A stretch of DNA of 64,000 bases from Antedon mediterranea. Lineage: Eukaryota; Animalia; Echinodermata. This document shows, piece after piece, positions 36,613 to 51,100 of the stretch. The translations under genes were made by a program, and so were the position numbers. The notes beneath the pieces are model-generated. The model saw only the letters and a list, made by a program, of their open reading frames with translations, did no database searches and was not told the origin of the DNA. The stretch covers positions 33,043,648 through 33,107,647 of the forward strand of contig NC_092673.1 of NCBI RefSeq assembly GCF_964355755.1. Reading direction: 5' to 3'. Every line of letters begins with the position of its first letter. The stretch's first letter is position 1.

Positions 36613-39136
36613 ATTATAATTGGTACAGTACCAACTTTTGCAAGGGCTTATTCTAGCCACTATTTGGCGAACTTGTACCACAATTAATAATTGAATGCTG
36701 TTTTATATTTTTCTGTATTCAACTAAAATGTTTTGTCTGGTTAAATGGGGTTTGTTTGCATCCAAATAATATTTTCACCACATTTGATCCAGTTAGCCTA
36801 CAATGTAAACATGTAAATTTACAAATAAATTCTTCCGAATTACATAAAAACATTACAACCAAGGACTATTGCAATTAATCCGTCAATTATGCGTTTGACT
36901 GAAGCATCTGGAACGAGGACAAGTGTTGATTATTAAGCGACGCACTAACGACGCACTAAATAATAATATCAGGTAGAGTATGACAACATTAGACTGTGTG
37001 CTACACTGCTACTAGATGATTTTTCTATAACAATTAATTTAAGAGCACAAATTCTGAGTGTTATAGTGATGTCTGTTTTAAAATAAATATGTGTCAGTGT
37101 TAACTGTTATTAATCGGCCTCAATAAAACTGGAGGTCCTACTATATGTATCCAACCACAGTGTGGTGCCTAACACTATCCCTGTTCTTTTCTATCATCAT
37201 CTCTTACAAACATTCTTTATCGTTTATATCCTATCCAAAAGATTAAACATTACGCCATGATTGCTATCTTTATTCACTCACATTAATTTAAAACAAGAAT
37301 AACAAGGACAAGGACAATCTTTTCTAGAGTATGCTAGTTGGTATCAGCATGGAGTAACTCCATGGTATCGGTCCTTGTCTTTTAAGGCAAGCGAGTGCGA
37401 TCACTCACCTAACACACTCCTAAACTGCCCTTAAGGAGTGCGATTTACAACACACCTAAATTTGGTAAACTTCTACACACCAAAATACAAACAGCACACC
37501 TACAGCACCCCTGAATGTATTGAGGAGTGCAATTGTAGAACACCTATAATTTTCAAAAGACAAGGCCTGTGGTATACTCTCTTTTAACACCATGCCTTTC
37601 TTGATAGTTTTGATAGTTGATCATTTTCCTGGTTTTTCTAAATTTTTAATCCCCTGCCACCATTGGTTTCAGTCTCATAATGGTTAATTAGTCTAAAACA
37701 ATGTGCGTGATGTATCCGTTTTCATTATCGTATTCGTAAGATTGCGAAACCTCTCTATTGTGTACTTTATTAATTGTTGTAACAACTAAAACCAAAACCA
37801 TTCAACCTCTGTTTCTTATTCACTACAGTACATTATCTCAGAAAAGTACTGTACCTTAGATGATTTATTTATCACTTTTAATTCCATCGTTCTATTTCGA
37901 TTAATATTTTCTAAAGTGAATTGTATTTGTAAGACTGTTTCATAAATCATTTAATGTACCGAAAGCAAAGATGTTGCTTGCGTCAGGAACTTAATGAAAC
38001 ATGTTTTTGAGTTATTAGTTATTATTGTAGTTTCACTTCTAGACCTTGGGATCCAGTCACATGATTTCACTTCCTGATTTTGAATCGATCTCCGTTTATA
38101 ATAGTCACATGGAGAATTACCCGGCAAAGTATGGGAAGTATAAGAACAAGGAGAATCCCTGTCTGTCATGCACATGGCAAGCCAATTGAATCATACTTTT
38201 TAAATTACTAACTGTATAACTGTATTGAGGTTATTTTCGGACTAATTAGGGAAATCCCCTTCAGCAAATTTTGATGCTTTTATACACTGTGAACTTTAAA
38301 GATGACTCGTACGCTGTTAACTGTTAATAGGATTTTACTGACTGTAATTGGATCAATTTTTCTTGAGGAGCTTTCACATTTATAATTGATATTTCTGATT
38401 GACCTTTTATTGTCTATTGTTCTGTTGGCTGAAAACTAAGCACTTCTGGATGTGGTTAAACTACGACCGTCACACTCAGAGTTTTTGGACGATCACTTTA
38501 AGATTGTTAAACCATGTTGAGACAGTACTTTACTGATACAGAGTAGAAATTGTCTTAATATTTTTTTTTACGGAATCGCCAATTCGGTCACAAATTGTTC
38601 ATTTTGCTGGTTGATTTTTTATACGTATTAAAGTTCAAACTGATACAGGATGTATTGTATGCTATTGTTCCTGTTAAATTAGACCAACTTCCTAAAGATT
38701 TGGATCTGTTTACAAGACCTGAATACATTGCTATTGTCATACAGTCTGATATCATCTCTACAGTATTACTGATTGTAAGCCTAGCACTCAAACAAATGTA
38801 GGTCTGAAGTTAAGTGATTTACCAATTCTAATCTTGAATTCGTTCTACAACTATTGTACAGTAGGTTTACTTATATTTATCAGTCGTTTCATTCGTATAT
38901 TGCTGGAAGTTTTTTTTTTCTTGGAAAGATGAAACAGGCTGTTGCTAGGAAATGTTATCTTGACTTATGTAGTAGCCATTTTGGATCATAATGTTGTTTT
39001 TGAATTTCATTGATGTCTGGAGGATGATAAACATTCATTGGTGTTCAACAAGAAGTCAAGCTATGGACGGTTCAGTATTTCACAAGTTTTGTTGAAAATC
39101 ATCTTAAAAGTTAAAGAGTTGACGATACTACTTAGA

Positions 39137-42100
39137 ATGTCGGCTGTTACGCATTTTAGTCGTTTTTATAATGATTCGACTGAAGTTCTACAGACGACTG
39201 GTCCAGATTCACCAATATTTCATGGATCGTATGAATACGATAATGATGTTGACCTGACCTCGCCAATTGGTGACGATGATATTTTGTTTTTAGGGTTTGA
39301 ATTGTCCACAGGTAAGGTTAAAACATTTATAAGGTTAAAGGTTGAAGTTAGTACTGTAAAGTCTCCATGGGTAAGACGTATTAGTATTACGTAGCAAACA
39401 TTATACATGGTTTATTAAGTTGAATGGGTTGAAAGCCTTTAGTGCACAAGGGACAGTGCCTTATTGTATGGTATGAAGCCAAACACAATGTTGACAGTAC
39501 CTAAAGCACTTATAGTATTCTATTCAAGAGGTTGTCTTTACCCGTCTTTTGTATGTACTCCAGTTTGAACCCATATCCGATCTTAACATTTTTGAACAAA
39601 AGACATCTTAACAATTGGAACACAATATCACATGTGCTTTTGTATAATTTACACTATGAAGAAAGTTCTACGACCTTAACCTTATAAATGCCATGCTAGA
39701 ATAAATATTACATGCTTACACAGCTCATGTGTGTAGTGAAATCAAATAATAGTACGTACTTAAAAATTAGGGAAATTATTTTATTATATGATAACCATGC
39801 CATTGTTGTTCCAACAAGAGTGCAAGATAACATCAAGGCCTACAGTACGCTACAGTATCTTTGGCAACAAAAAAATATAAAGAAAAGAGAAGAACTAGAA
39901 ATTAAACCAGACCCATTAGGCAAACACAACAATTTTTGAAATAAATTTCCATTTACTGCAGTATTACCAAATTAACTGTTGGCCTACAATATTTATAGTA
40001 TGTCTGGTTTTCTAAAAATTCTGGTATTCCAAATGTCCAAAAAATGGGAGGAACTTTTGGACATTTTCCTGTGTTTCAGAAAGTCGGGATAGGAGAGTCA
40101 ACTGTAAAATTACTTTTGAATCAGGAATGGATGAACAATTTGCTGTTTAGTTCTAATGGCCTGTTTGTTGTCATTACAACATTGTGGTTTCAATAATTAA
40201 TAATACACTTACAGATGGATTTCATTGCCATATGTCTAATATTATGAATAATAGTTAGTAAATGGTTGAGCACAGATTGCTGTAATAATTCAAGTGGAAC
40301 TAGGCTTCATATTAATCCACAACTTCCTGTCAGAGACGATAATATTATTATATTCTTTATAATATTATGTCGCTATTAATACAGTACAAAGTACAATGTT
40401 TTGATGCAGTTAGTTACTACAGTATAATCCATATTAAAGGCCAATTTACACTGATGAGCGCTAACTGTAATAAAAATATAGAATCTACAGTATGTTATTA
40501 CTCCTTTGACCGTTTACAGACAATGCGGAGTGGACGGGTAGTTTCCGCTATTAAGGATATATACCGATTCTACGTAGGACAAACTGACGCGGTTTTCTCC
40601 TTACTGTTACCACTTGTATGTGTATAATTGTCTTTTAGGGGACACCTTCGGTAATAGGGGTGGAATTTATTTATAACAATACATGCAAATTTGTTTATTT
40701 TATAATAGTTTTTAAAATTTTGATTAATTCACTAGAATAGTTTTTACAATGGTTTTAATTGTTTCCGTAGTATTACACTAATAGCTTCCTATTAAATTTG
40801 CTATTTTAATTGATTTACTAAAACCTACTGACAACCAAGTTTATTTAAACAAACGATCAATTTTGCAATTCCTACCATGTGACCCACCAGGTCAATTAGC
40901 CTCCAAGCAGGATGTTCTTTTGTTGCAGCTACAAAGAAATTACCATAGTTACTTAGTAATCTAAGATGCCTCTTGTTTTTTATATTTAGATATTTCACAT
41001 TTCATTAGCTTAATACAAATTACTAAATCTGTTAAGTATACAACGACCTAGACTAGTTAACATAACCCTTTTTGTTTAGTGTGACTGATTTACAGTATAT
41101 AGAGGATAATAATTTCTGTAGATGTCTATATAGCCACGATCATACTAGACTAAGTTTAGTTACATTAACAGAGTCGCCGGCTATTGTGACCAAGAAAAGT
41201 CAAATCTGAACACTGGCTACAATTTCTACAGGGGTTAAATTATTCAAGTCCAATAGTTACGTTTACCGACTACTACCTGCCCAGTAACTAACCATGCGGC
41301 CAAAAAGTCCAATCCAAACGTGTGACTCGTGTTAACAGTCAGTTGTTGTTTTTAACATCATCGTTAAATTTTGGTATAAAATATTCATTATGTGAAAATA
41401 TTCAAGTGCGAACGATAATCAAATCTTCCAATGACATTGGGTAAAGCTACCGGTGGTTAAATTTACCATTTTTCAAGTTCAGTGAGAGCAAGATTTATGT
41501 GTACCACCTTGGCTTCAAAATTAAACTAAACAAAAAAATCATTAGAAAAGAAAAAGCAAAGTTGAATGTTTAAATTTAAAATAAATTATTTATTTTTACC
41601 AGCCCATACAGTACATAAACAACATCTCAATGTAAAATTATAAATCTTTATTAACAAAATTTAATCATTTAATTTTAAAATCATGCTTTATTATAAAAAA
41701 AAATGAAAGAAGAAAAAGTTTCAATGTTTTAGCATAGAAAAGCGATGATATATTTTTGTATTTTATTGATGGTAGCCATTATGATTAAGAAGAATTAAAA
41801 TTAAATTTATTACTTAAAGCATTTTAAACGTTGTTTATGTTTAATAGCTAGTTTTACAGCATCACCATCATAATCATCATTTTTTTTATGCTGTTCTCAT
41901 CACGGTTTACAAGTTGAGTTTTTACACCTCATGTTGTGAGTTGAGTTTTTACACCTCATGTTGTGAGTTGAGTTTTTACACCTCATGTTGTGAGTTGAGT
42001 TTTTACACCTCATGTTGTGAGTTGAGTTTTTACACCTCATGTTGTGAGTTGAGTTTTTACACCTCATGTTGTGAGTTGAGTTTTCACACCTCATGTTGTG

Positions 42101-45100
42101 AGTTGAGTTTTTACACCTCATGTTGTGAGTTGAGTTTTTACACCTCATGTTGTGAGTTGAGTTTTTACACCTCATGTTGTGAGTTGAGTTTTTACACCTC
42201 ATGTTGTGAGTTGAGTTTTTACACCTCATGTTGTGAGTTGAGTTTTTACACCTCATGTTGTGAGTTGAGTTTTTACACCTCATGTTGTGAGTTGAGTTTT
42301 TACACCTCATGTTGTGAGTTGAGTTTTTACACCTCATGTTGTGAGTTGAGTTTTCACACCTCATGTTGTGAGTTGAGTTTTTACACCTCATGTTGTGAGT
42401 TGAGTTTTTACACCTCATGTTGTGAGTTGAGTTTTTACACCTCATGTTGTGAGTTGAGTTTTTACACCTCATGTTGTGAGTTGAGTTTTCACACCTCATG
42501 TTGTGAGTTGAGTTTTTACACCTCATGTTGTGAGTTGAGTTTTTACACCTCATGTTGTGAAGTGATTTTACTATTTCTTTCTACTGTTTCTCATCCAGCA
42601 GTGCAAATCCTATTAAATTATCAATTTGACCCAACATATATACAGTGGGACAGCCAGTCGACAAATCGTGTCAAATTTCGACTCGGAGAGGGCGCCCTAC
42701 TTTTCTAATTTAGTTCAAAATTGCTAAATTTTAGGGTGTTGGAAAAACACAATATTTGTAAATTTAGCTGATTATCGGAAAAATATTGTTAGTGAAATAA
42801 ATTCATAAATGGTTTTAATATATTGTCATACAAAATTAAATGTATTTGAACAAAACGATAATGTGTAATTTAACGGCAAAATCAACCAATGTCTTTTTTC
42901 CGAAATTGTACCCTAGAAAATCGTTAAAATAAAATATTTAGAAAAATTGAACAGTCCTGAATTTAAAATCCCTGTTAGAAAAATTAATAATCTACAGAAT
43001 ACGATATTGAGATACAAAATTCGGTGGTTGGGATGCAGCTCCGACTATTCAAACTAAAGGTACCACTATTTGTTCCATCGAAAACTAGCGAAACCGCCAT
43101 TTTGTAAACACATCGTCATCGTGTTTATGAATTTATTTATAGCGAACGATATACGCGATGTTTATAATTGTCCGCGTATAAGAATTCATAAAAATAAATA
43201 CATTCCAATACAACGTATATTATTACTTGTTTATTTATCACAGTATACATTTTAGTTGAGGAATATTTATCATAACTATTATAATAGCTTTTATACGAGT
43301 CCGAGGCCTAGCCCTATTAGCGAGCGATTGTTCCAGGGGCGGAAAGTCACTTAGTGACGTTGTGATCGGGCGCGTCGGGCCTAGCTAATATTAATAATAT
43401 GACCTGAAATAAGCGGCTAACAAGAACTGTTATATACTTGCTTACAATTGTTTTGTTATTGATGAACAAACAAGCAATTAGATTGAATAACAAATTATTT
43501 ATTAATTTTTTTTGGGTAAAAACATGTACAAACTAGTACTGTATAATATAAATTAATAGTAATATTAAACTAATACAGTATTAATAAAATATAAAATAGG
43601 CCTAACATACAATAAATATTCAATTTTTAAGGTCTACCACATGACAATAACATAATTTACAGAGTATAAGTGTAGTAGGTTTGCATTCAACATAGATATT
43701 TGTATTGTAATTCATCTAAATCCTCTGCAACATATATATATTTGTAATTCAACATTTTGTTTTAAATAATTTAATTATAGTTTGGGTATGACAATGTCGG
43801 TAGGTACCGGTGTCATCTTTTTATCCACTTGAACACTCTCAGTTTGAAGTCACAACGACAAAGAACTCTGCATCATCACCGATTCCTGAAAGTGTCAGAA
43901 AAAATAATAAATATTATTTAAAACAAATTGTAATGTCTGGTTGTATATATAATTATAATATTATATGATGACATAAAAGTAAGGCAAATGGAAGCTGTAT
44001 TTTATTAATTAATATTACAGTATTTGCTATTATTATTTATATAATCTAGGCCTAATAGTAGCCTAGCTAGGCATCTATTGAGCCTAATAAATCAAATAAT
44101 AAATGAAAAATAAAATAATAATATTAATACTGATTGAAAAAAAGTATTTTGGGGGGGGGGGGGGATCAGATCACCAGGCTAGGCCGGCCAGGACCAATGA
44201 TACTCGTAATCAGTACAACTTAACGACTATCGGATCAGCATCAACACAGTACAACACAGTACAACACACGTCTCGCTATTGCCTATACTGACACACGTGT
44301 CTCGCGTTGCCGAAACCACGCTCACAGCTAGAAAATGTACCTACCTTTCGAGGCCTGAGAATACACCAACAAATTTTGAACAGGATAGAAATATATCATA
44401 CTCGATTAAACTAATATTATTCTTGATAAAACAATTGATTATAATTTTTTTAATTTGTTGGGATGCACCTCCGACTATTCAGAAAATGGACAACAAAACA
44501 GTAGTCAAATCGTACCACATTTATAAATTTCACGAGTCCCGACTTCAGTCGCCGAATGTATTGTATTAGCTTCGGTTTCTTTGAAGGAAACCGATTGGTT
44601 ATTCAATTATACTTATTAGGAAATGCTTTTACCATAATAGGTAATGTTGGGCGGTTCTTAAATATTCATGAGAGCTTAAAATAAAACAGCACTTATTTGC
44701 TAGGCGACGAAAAATCGTGGTTTCAGTTTTCAACGATAGGTGGCGCTTCAAAATCGTCAATGCGGAAGTAAGTCGATTTTACACGATTTAACGGTCAAAA
44801 CGCGAAGTGGCTTTCCCACTGTATAAAATCCATCACTTGTTAGATTTTCATCTAGGTCAGCTTTTTATCATAGTTACAGCAAGTGTTGTTTAGGAGTGTG
44901 GATGTTTTCCTCAAAACCAGTCCAAATAATTTTTTCACTTTTAAAAAGCGGAGCTTAATATGTCGACTTTGCCCTCATAGAATCTACCTTTGCTATGAGA
45001 GTGGCTGAATTTTCTTTAGTACATTAAATAACCAATATTAAATCATGTTTATTTTTTTTTTATTTTAGAGGACCTTATAGATGATTACACAACGAGTAAA

Positions 45101-48100
45101 CTAATGGATTGGGAACCAGATGGGAGTATACACGATGACGATACCGTTTTTCTATCGGATCATGGCAATGACGACAAATCAGACAGTTCTGTTGTCCAAA
45201 TGGACTGCCAATCGTCCGCAGCCACAAGTTCAGCGGCAACCACACCTTCCGGGATAGCGCCCCCACTCGTTGATGAAGAGACGAGCCACGCTTTTTTCTG
45301 TTATAATAAAGAAGATGACGAGTGGGCAATGAACGTTATGCGTAACCTTGAATCGCCGTCGTACGGTTTTCGATTCGTGAATCACAATCATGAACTAGAC
45401 CCACATCAAACACGGATGGATGCCATTGTAAATGCCATGAGTACCGCCAAGAAAATCGTAATTGTATTAACGCCGGGATTCATGCAGAGTATCTGGTGTC
45501 GCCACGAAAACTTAAAAGCCTTGCGGCCTTATTTTGCCGACCCACGAAAGGTCATTCCAGTTATACTTACAGAAGTTGATTTACCAGACTTTTTAGAAGG
45601 AATTACGACAATAAATGCTTTATCAAAGAACTTTTTACAAAAATTTGTTGCTACTCTGAGCCAAGGTTTGTTTTTATAATGTAGATTTTTTAAATACTAA
45701 ATATTTAAATTTTCAGTGATTTTTTTTTTATGTAGATTATCGGCATGTTCAATTGTTGCTGGTACTGTAGTCTATTATTCTCTATCGGCACGGTAATGTT
45801 TTATCCACATGGTTGATCTTAGGGTCTGTTTCTGCTGCATAACGCAATTTAACCGGTTATTTTTAAATAGATTAAAAATAGATAACAATAACAAGACCGC
45901 GTTTCTGCTCAATTTGTGCTCCGAAATAACCGGTTAAATCTATGGGTGGTCATCGAGCAAAACGTCATCATTACCCAAAATGCAATACACTCAGACGGAA
46001 GTAGTAAGTTGGCTGTTTGTTTACATCGACGTCGTGAGTACACACGTGTGTATATATCGCCGAACATCTCACTCAAACATGTTAAAAAAATAAAATGTTG
46101 TCTCCAGGTCTACAAGTTTTGTTTTTTGTAAAGCCTACTTACATCGCTAATAAAATTAATTCTCATGGCGCCTTCAATAACATGATGGGGAGGGTCGTGC
46201 AGCGCCCGATCGCCTAGGATAATTTTTATCCTCAACAAAGGCGATGAAATACGGCCCTTCCCACGTGAACGACTGTTGTCTTTCGCGAGCGCGGTCCTAC
46301 AAAACACCAAACGGAAACAAAAACGAGACTCAGATTGTTGCAATACTTACCAAACAAGAGTAGATAATTGTTAATTAATTATGAAAACCCAACTTTTATA
46401 GCAAAAATCGTCCGAATTTATGTTAAAAACGATGAGTTTAGCCACAAAAACTTAAATAAAACGAGAGTATCCAAGTCATAGAATATCGCACGCACATAGT
46501 GCCTTTAATAAAGTAATGAGTATTGAACATTATTTCCTATATTTATGTACTAACATAAATAATAACACATTTCTATGCCTAATAAAATCATATTTAATAT
46601 ATTATCAAAGGCTCTGATTGGTTATCCGCACTTGGCGGATAACCCCTTGTTATTGTCAGGATCTTTTTTTTTTTCTTTTTTTTTTTCTTTTTTTTCTATT
46701 TTCTTCTTTCTTTCCACGAATTTTGTTGCACGCATATCTCTAATTCTGGCCAACATAAGATTTTGTAACTTTGTCATAATATTGACCTGTAGCGGTAGAT
46801 GTGCAGGACGTTCGTTTTTTTACTTTAGAGTCGCGCAGCGTAAGTTACGCGCGATTTTACGAATTTCAATGATTGATCATAGATTAAAAACTAAAAGTCA
46901 TTTTGTATTGAAACTTGGTGAACATTTAAGTCATATCATGCGCAAACTTTCTATGGATTAAAAATGGCATGTTTCACATAAAGTTACGCGTGCACGCGAG
47001 TTTAAAATTTCAAAATGCGTAAAATCAATTTCTAATCAACTTTCTACGCGTTTCAGGTCATTTTGAGAATTTCAAAATTTCCCAAGGGTGCGCAATTTTT
47101 TTACGCGCGCGTGCGCACGTAGCGCAAAAACATCTTTTTTTTGCTTGATTTTTGTTTTTTCAGTCTTTTATAGTAAATTTACCAATTTTCAATCAATTTC
47201 GACTTCAAATCACGTCATACGAGCACGTAGAATTGAACAATTTGCGCGCGTTTTTGATGAAAAAGTTCAAAAATTCGTCAAAATTATGCCTTTTTTAAAA
47301 CAGTCATAGATTCTAAACTACGTGGTGAACTTTTTTATAATTACATATTCTGGTAGTAGATAAGTTGCAGATATCAAATCTTGCATCAATATGGCTAACC
47401 GGACATTGTGACGTCATCGTATGGCCACTCGAATATAAAATATAGGATTTTTGTCTCTTTCCTCGTAGCTCGTCACATTTAATATAGCGCATCTCCACTT
47501 ATTTGTATTCCATTTCCCCCCATTTTTTTATGTTGTCTAGGTCAATCAATTATCTTTCGCACGATTCACCATTTTAAAAATTGTGATAACGTCATCATGT
47601 TCAAAAGCGTCAATAACTTTGGTCACTTATTTTCACCTATTCTGCACTGTATGTAGTACGTATACAGTATATAGTGTATACCGTATATACTTAGACGTGA
47701 CGAAAAATAGAGAGCACACTGAAATTGTTTCAATGCCTTAATCGTTTTTCTGCGCGCAATATTCCAACGTACGACGTGCACGTGGCCTTTGCGCTGCGGA
47801 TAACCTAACTCGTCCGTAGTGACGAGTTCAAATCTAGTTACCTTTGTTTTTGGTCGATGTGATGTTTTTCTAACAAATGATATTATGTAAAACGATCAAA
47901 GTAAGAATGTTCATTGTTCTCCTATTAAAGGCACTAAGGGCGTGCCATAAATACGCTCGTTTGGATTAAGTTTTTGTTGCTAAATTCATCGTTTATAACA
48001 TAAATTCGGATGATTTTTGCTATAAAATTTGGGTTTTCATAATTAATTAACCATTATCTACTATCGTTTGGTAGGTATTTGCAACATTCTGAGTCGCTTT

Positions 48101-51100
48101 TTTGTTTCAGTTTTGGTGTTTATATAGGACCATCCATACCCTTTGCGAGCGTGTACTAACGCCTCAAATTGCTTAGCTTGGGTAGTCCCCGAAACTCCAC
48201 CCCAAACTCCTCTTTTACTTTCGCAATGTGATTCTTTTCTATTGCCTGCCATCCTTCCCCGTACTTTCTCTCCCCCCACAACTGAATAACATATCTTGTG
48301 ATTTCATTCATCCACATACATGTTCACTTCTTCGTTCGACTGTCAAAACCACGAGGAAAAGACACATCGTATGCGACGGTATCTGACCCGTGGTCACAAC
48401 TGTCAATCAAATAACCGTTATTTCGTGTTGCAGCTAAGAATTGCTCAGCGATAACCGGTTAAACGGCGTTCTAACACCGATTTAAATTGGTGTTTTTAAC
48501 CGGTTATTTTGCGCTGCCTTTTAACCGGTTACCACAAATTTGTCCTGTTTCTGCTGCCAAGAAAATGGAGTTAATTTATTCACACCGATTTTAATTTATT
48601 CACACCGATTTTAACCGGTTATTTTTGATGCAGCAGAAACAGGCCCTTATACCTAGTTCTCAGCCAATAAACAACAGACTGATAAAGATGCACTTGACGT
48701 AAACAATACTGTACAGTCATTGGACGTCTGGTTCACCATGACAATAAGAAACTTTAAATGATTTTCCAGATTGACCTTGCCAATAGCCTCAATGTTTTTT
48801 TAATAATTAAAAGTTTTATTTTTCTATTAGGAAGTTCTAATGGAACATTGTTAGGTTTGCGGAGCAGTAATCGAGTGGGTAAGACAAATTTTTCTAATTT
48901 GTAAAATGAAAAAAACTTTTTTTTGTGTAGTCATGCAAACTTTGAACATAGGAAATCAAGAAGATAAACATTTGAAATGTCATAATATTATATTAATTTT
49001 TATTAATAAATGACAGTATGTTTTGATAATTTTATATCATCACACACTGAGAAAATGTCAACATCATTATTAAGCTATGCTATTTAACCTAAAGCTCTGT
49101 CTACACTATAAAACTTTATGATTGTGACAAAAAAAATGTGATGTGCCCATATATGGACAGGATGATGTCATATCACTACTACCATATTTAAGCATATCAC
49201 TACCATATTTGGGTACAGTACATCACACTTTTTTGTCACATAAAGTAGTTTGATAGTGTAGCCACAGCTTAAGAAGTCCCACAAAAAATGTAATATATTT
49301 ATAGAACTTTTTCCATAATTCTGTAATGAAATAGATTTATTTAATAATATGGCGAAACTATAAAGAAATCTTGCTTTTGTATAATATTAATAATGTCTGC
49401 TGTATTATTTATTCATGAATATGTTAAACTTTCCATGAATATTATATCAATGAGTCTTAACATAACAAACTGCATTGACTAAACCTACAATAATATACTT
49501 AGAAATATATACTAAATGGTTTGATATTTTGATAACCTGTGGTTTTAAAATTTTATCAATATATGCAGACCAGCTGACTACAGTATACAGTATGTAAATT
49601 CTGTTTTAATATCCCACACGCAATGTAATAATAAAGAAGTGAATTGCTCGGGTCTCACCAGCTACTCTATGTACAGTACAACCAGTTAGCATAGCGAGTA
49701 TAAACAATTGACCACTCTACGGGCCTGTTTCTGAAACATTTACCACTCCATAGGCCGGTTTCTGAACTAATGACCACTCTGTGGGCCTGTGAACTGAATC
49801 CATATCTCAATGGGCCTATTTCTGAACTCCGTAACCTCTCTGTGGGCGGGCCTGCTTCTCTAAATCTTTGACCACCTTATACTGTAGTTCCCCTTTTGAA
49901 CAGTATGCTTTTGAACACTATACGATTATTTCAGAACCATTGATCAAATCTAATGGTTTTAAATTTAAATTTTAAAATGGCCCTGTTTTTAAATCATTGA
50001 CCACTTTTATGGGCCTACAGTATTTCTGAACCATTGACCATGCTGTGGGTCTATTTCTGAACCATTTACCACTCTATGCTTTGGCTTGTCTCTACCACAA
50101 AGTATAATTGCACACAACATCACCAGTAACCACTCCATGAGAAACCTGAAACTCAACGCAGTCAGAAATATTATTTTCAATTGCTTAAGCTCTGTCTACA
50201 CTATCAAACTTTGTGACAAAAAAATGTGATGTGCCCATAGAAACGATGATGTCATATCACTACCATATTTGGAAACATCGCATTTTTTTTTCAAACTAGA
50301 TTGATTTTGAGAGTGTAGACAGAGCTTAAGATGTTAATACCACTCTTGTCGTTTTTAGTTAAACTTGAATTAGTTTTTGCTGTGCATTTTGAGTAAATAT
50401 ACAGTTTTAGGATTTTGAAATTTTAATTCATTTTATTAATTATGAAATTATTTATATAAAAAGAAATTAAAAATGAATATAATTATTTTGAAAATATTTT
50501 ATTCAAATAAGTTGCTACAATCGACAAGGAAATATACGACATATTTCACAACCCGAATGGTAAGGTTAAAGTAATGTTGTAACAATATCGTGAAATGTAA
50601 ACAATTCAATTATGAATATTGGTTGTTAATTATGCATGCTTCAATATGGTCTATTTTCCAGCTGTGTTTGATGTTAGCTGTCAAAATTGTTTTTTAATGT
50701 TGTATGAATTGGTGTATTCGCTTGGGAAATCTCAAGTCAAGGGTGCAAATTCATTAAAAAAAATTGTGACGACAGTCACCAGGCAATCGAGAAGCAAAAA
50801 AAAATCCCCAGGGTTCCGGACAATGCTGCTTTACAAATTGTATCGTTTGTTGAAGAAAAGTTGGGTACTATCTACCTAATCGCCTCCTCCTAGCCAGCCA
50901 TTTACCCAAGATCGGCATCAGTATAAAACCCTCTGCCAATATTCTCTGGAATTTGCCTTTGCTCTTATACTTACTTGAACACAAATTCACTCAATGCAGA
51001 ATGTAATTACCTTTGAACATTTATTCTCTCTATACTAGATTGTCATATCCCATTATGCATGATGCTTTCACTGTGTAATATGACAAAAAAAATTAAATAT

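Noticed and set aside
41912-42559. Possible CRISPR array or repeat protein (ORFs 41900-42553 and 41914-42708)
   Set aside because: Head-to-tail identical units without spacers, eukaryotic intron context, no cas genes. The ORFs arise because the unit length is a multiple of 3, and they show no synonymous variation or splice support.
45075-45329. Minus-strand 84-aa ORF
   Set aside because: Antisense to the TIR exon with no recognisable motif.
46575-47498. ORFs inside the nested element as a transposase or Rep/helicase
   Set aside because: Low-complexity Phe-rich translations of T-tracts; no DDE, HUH or helicase motifs.
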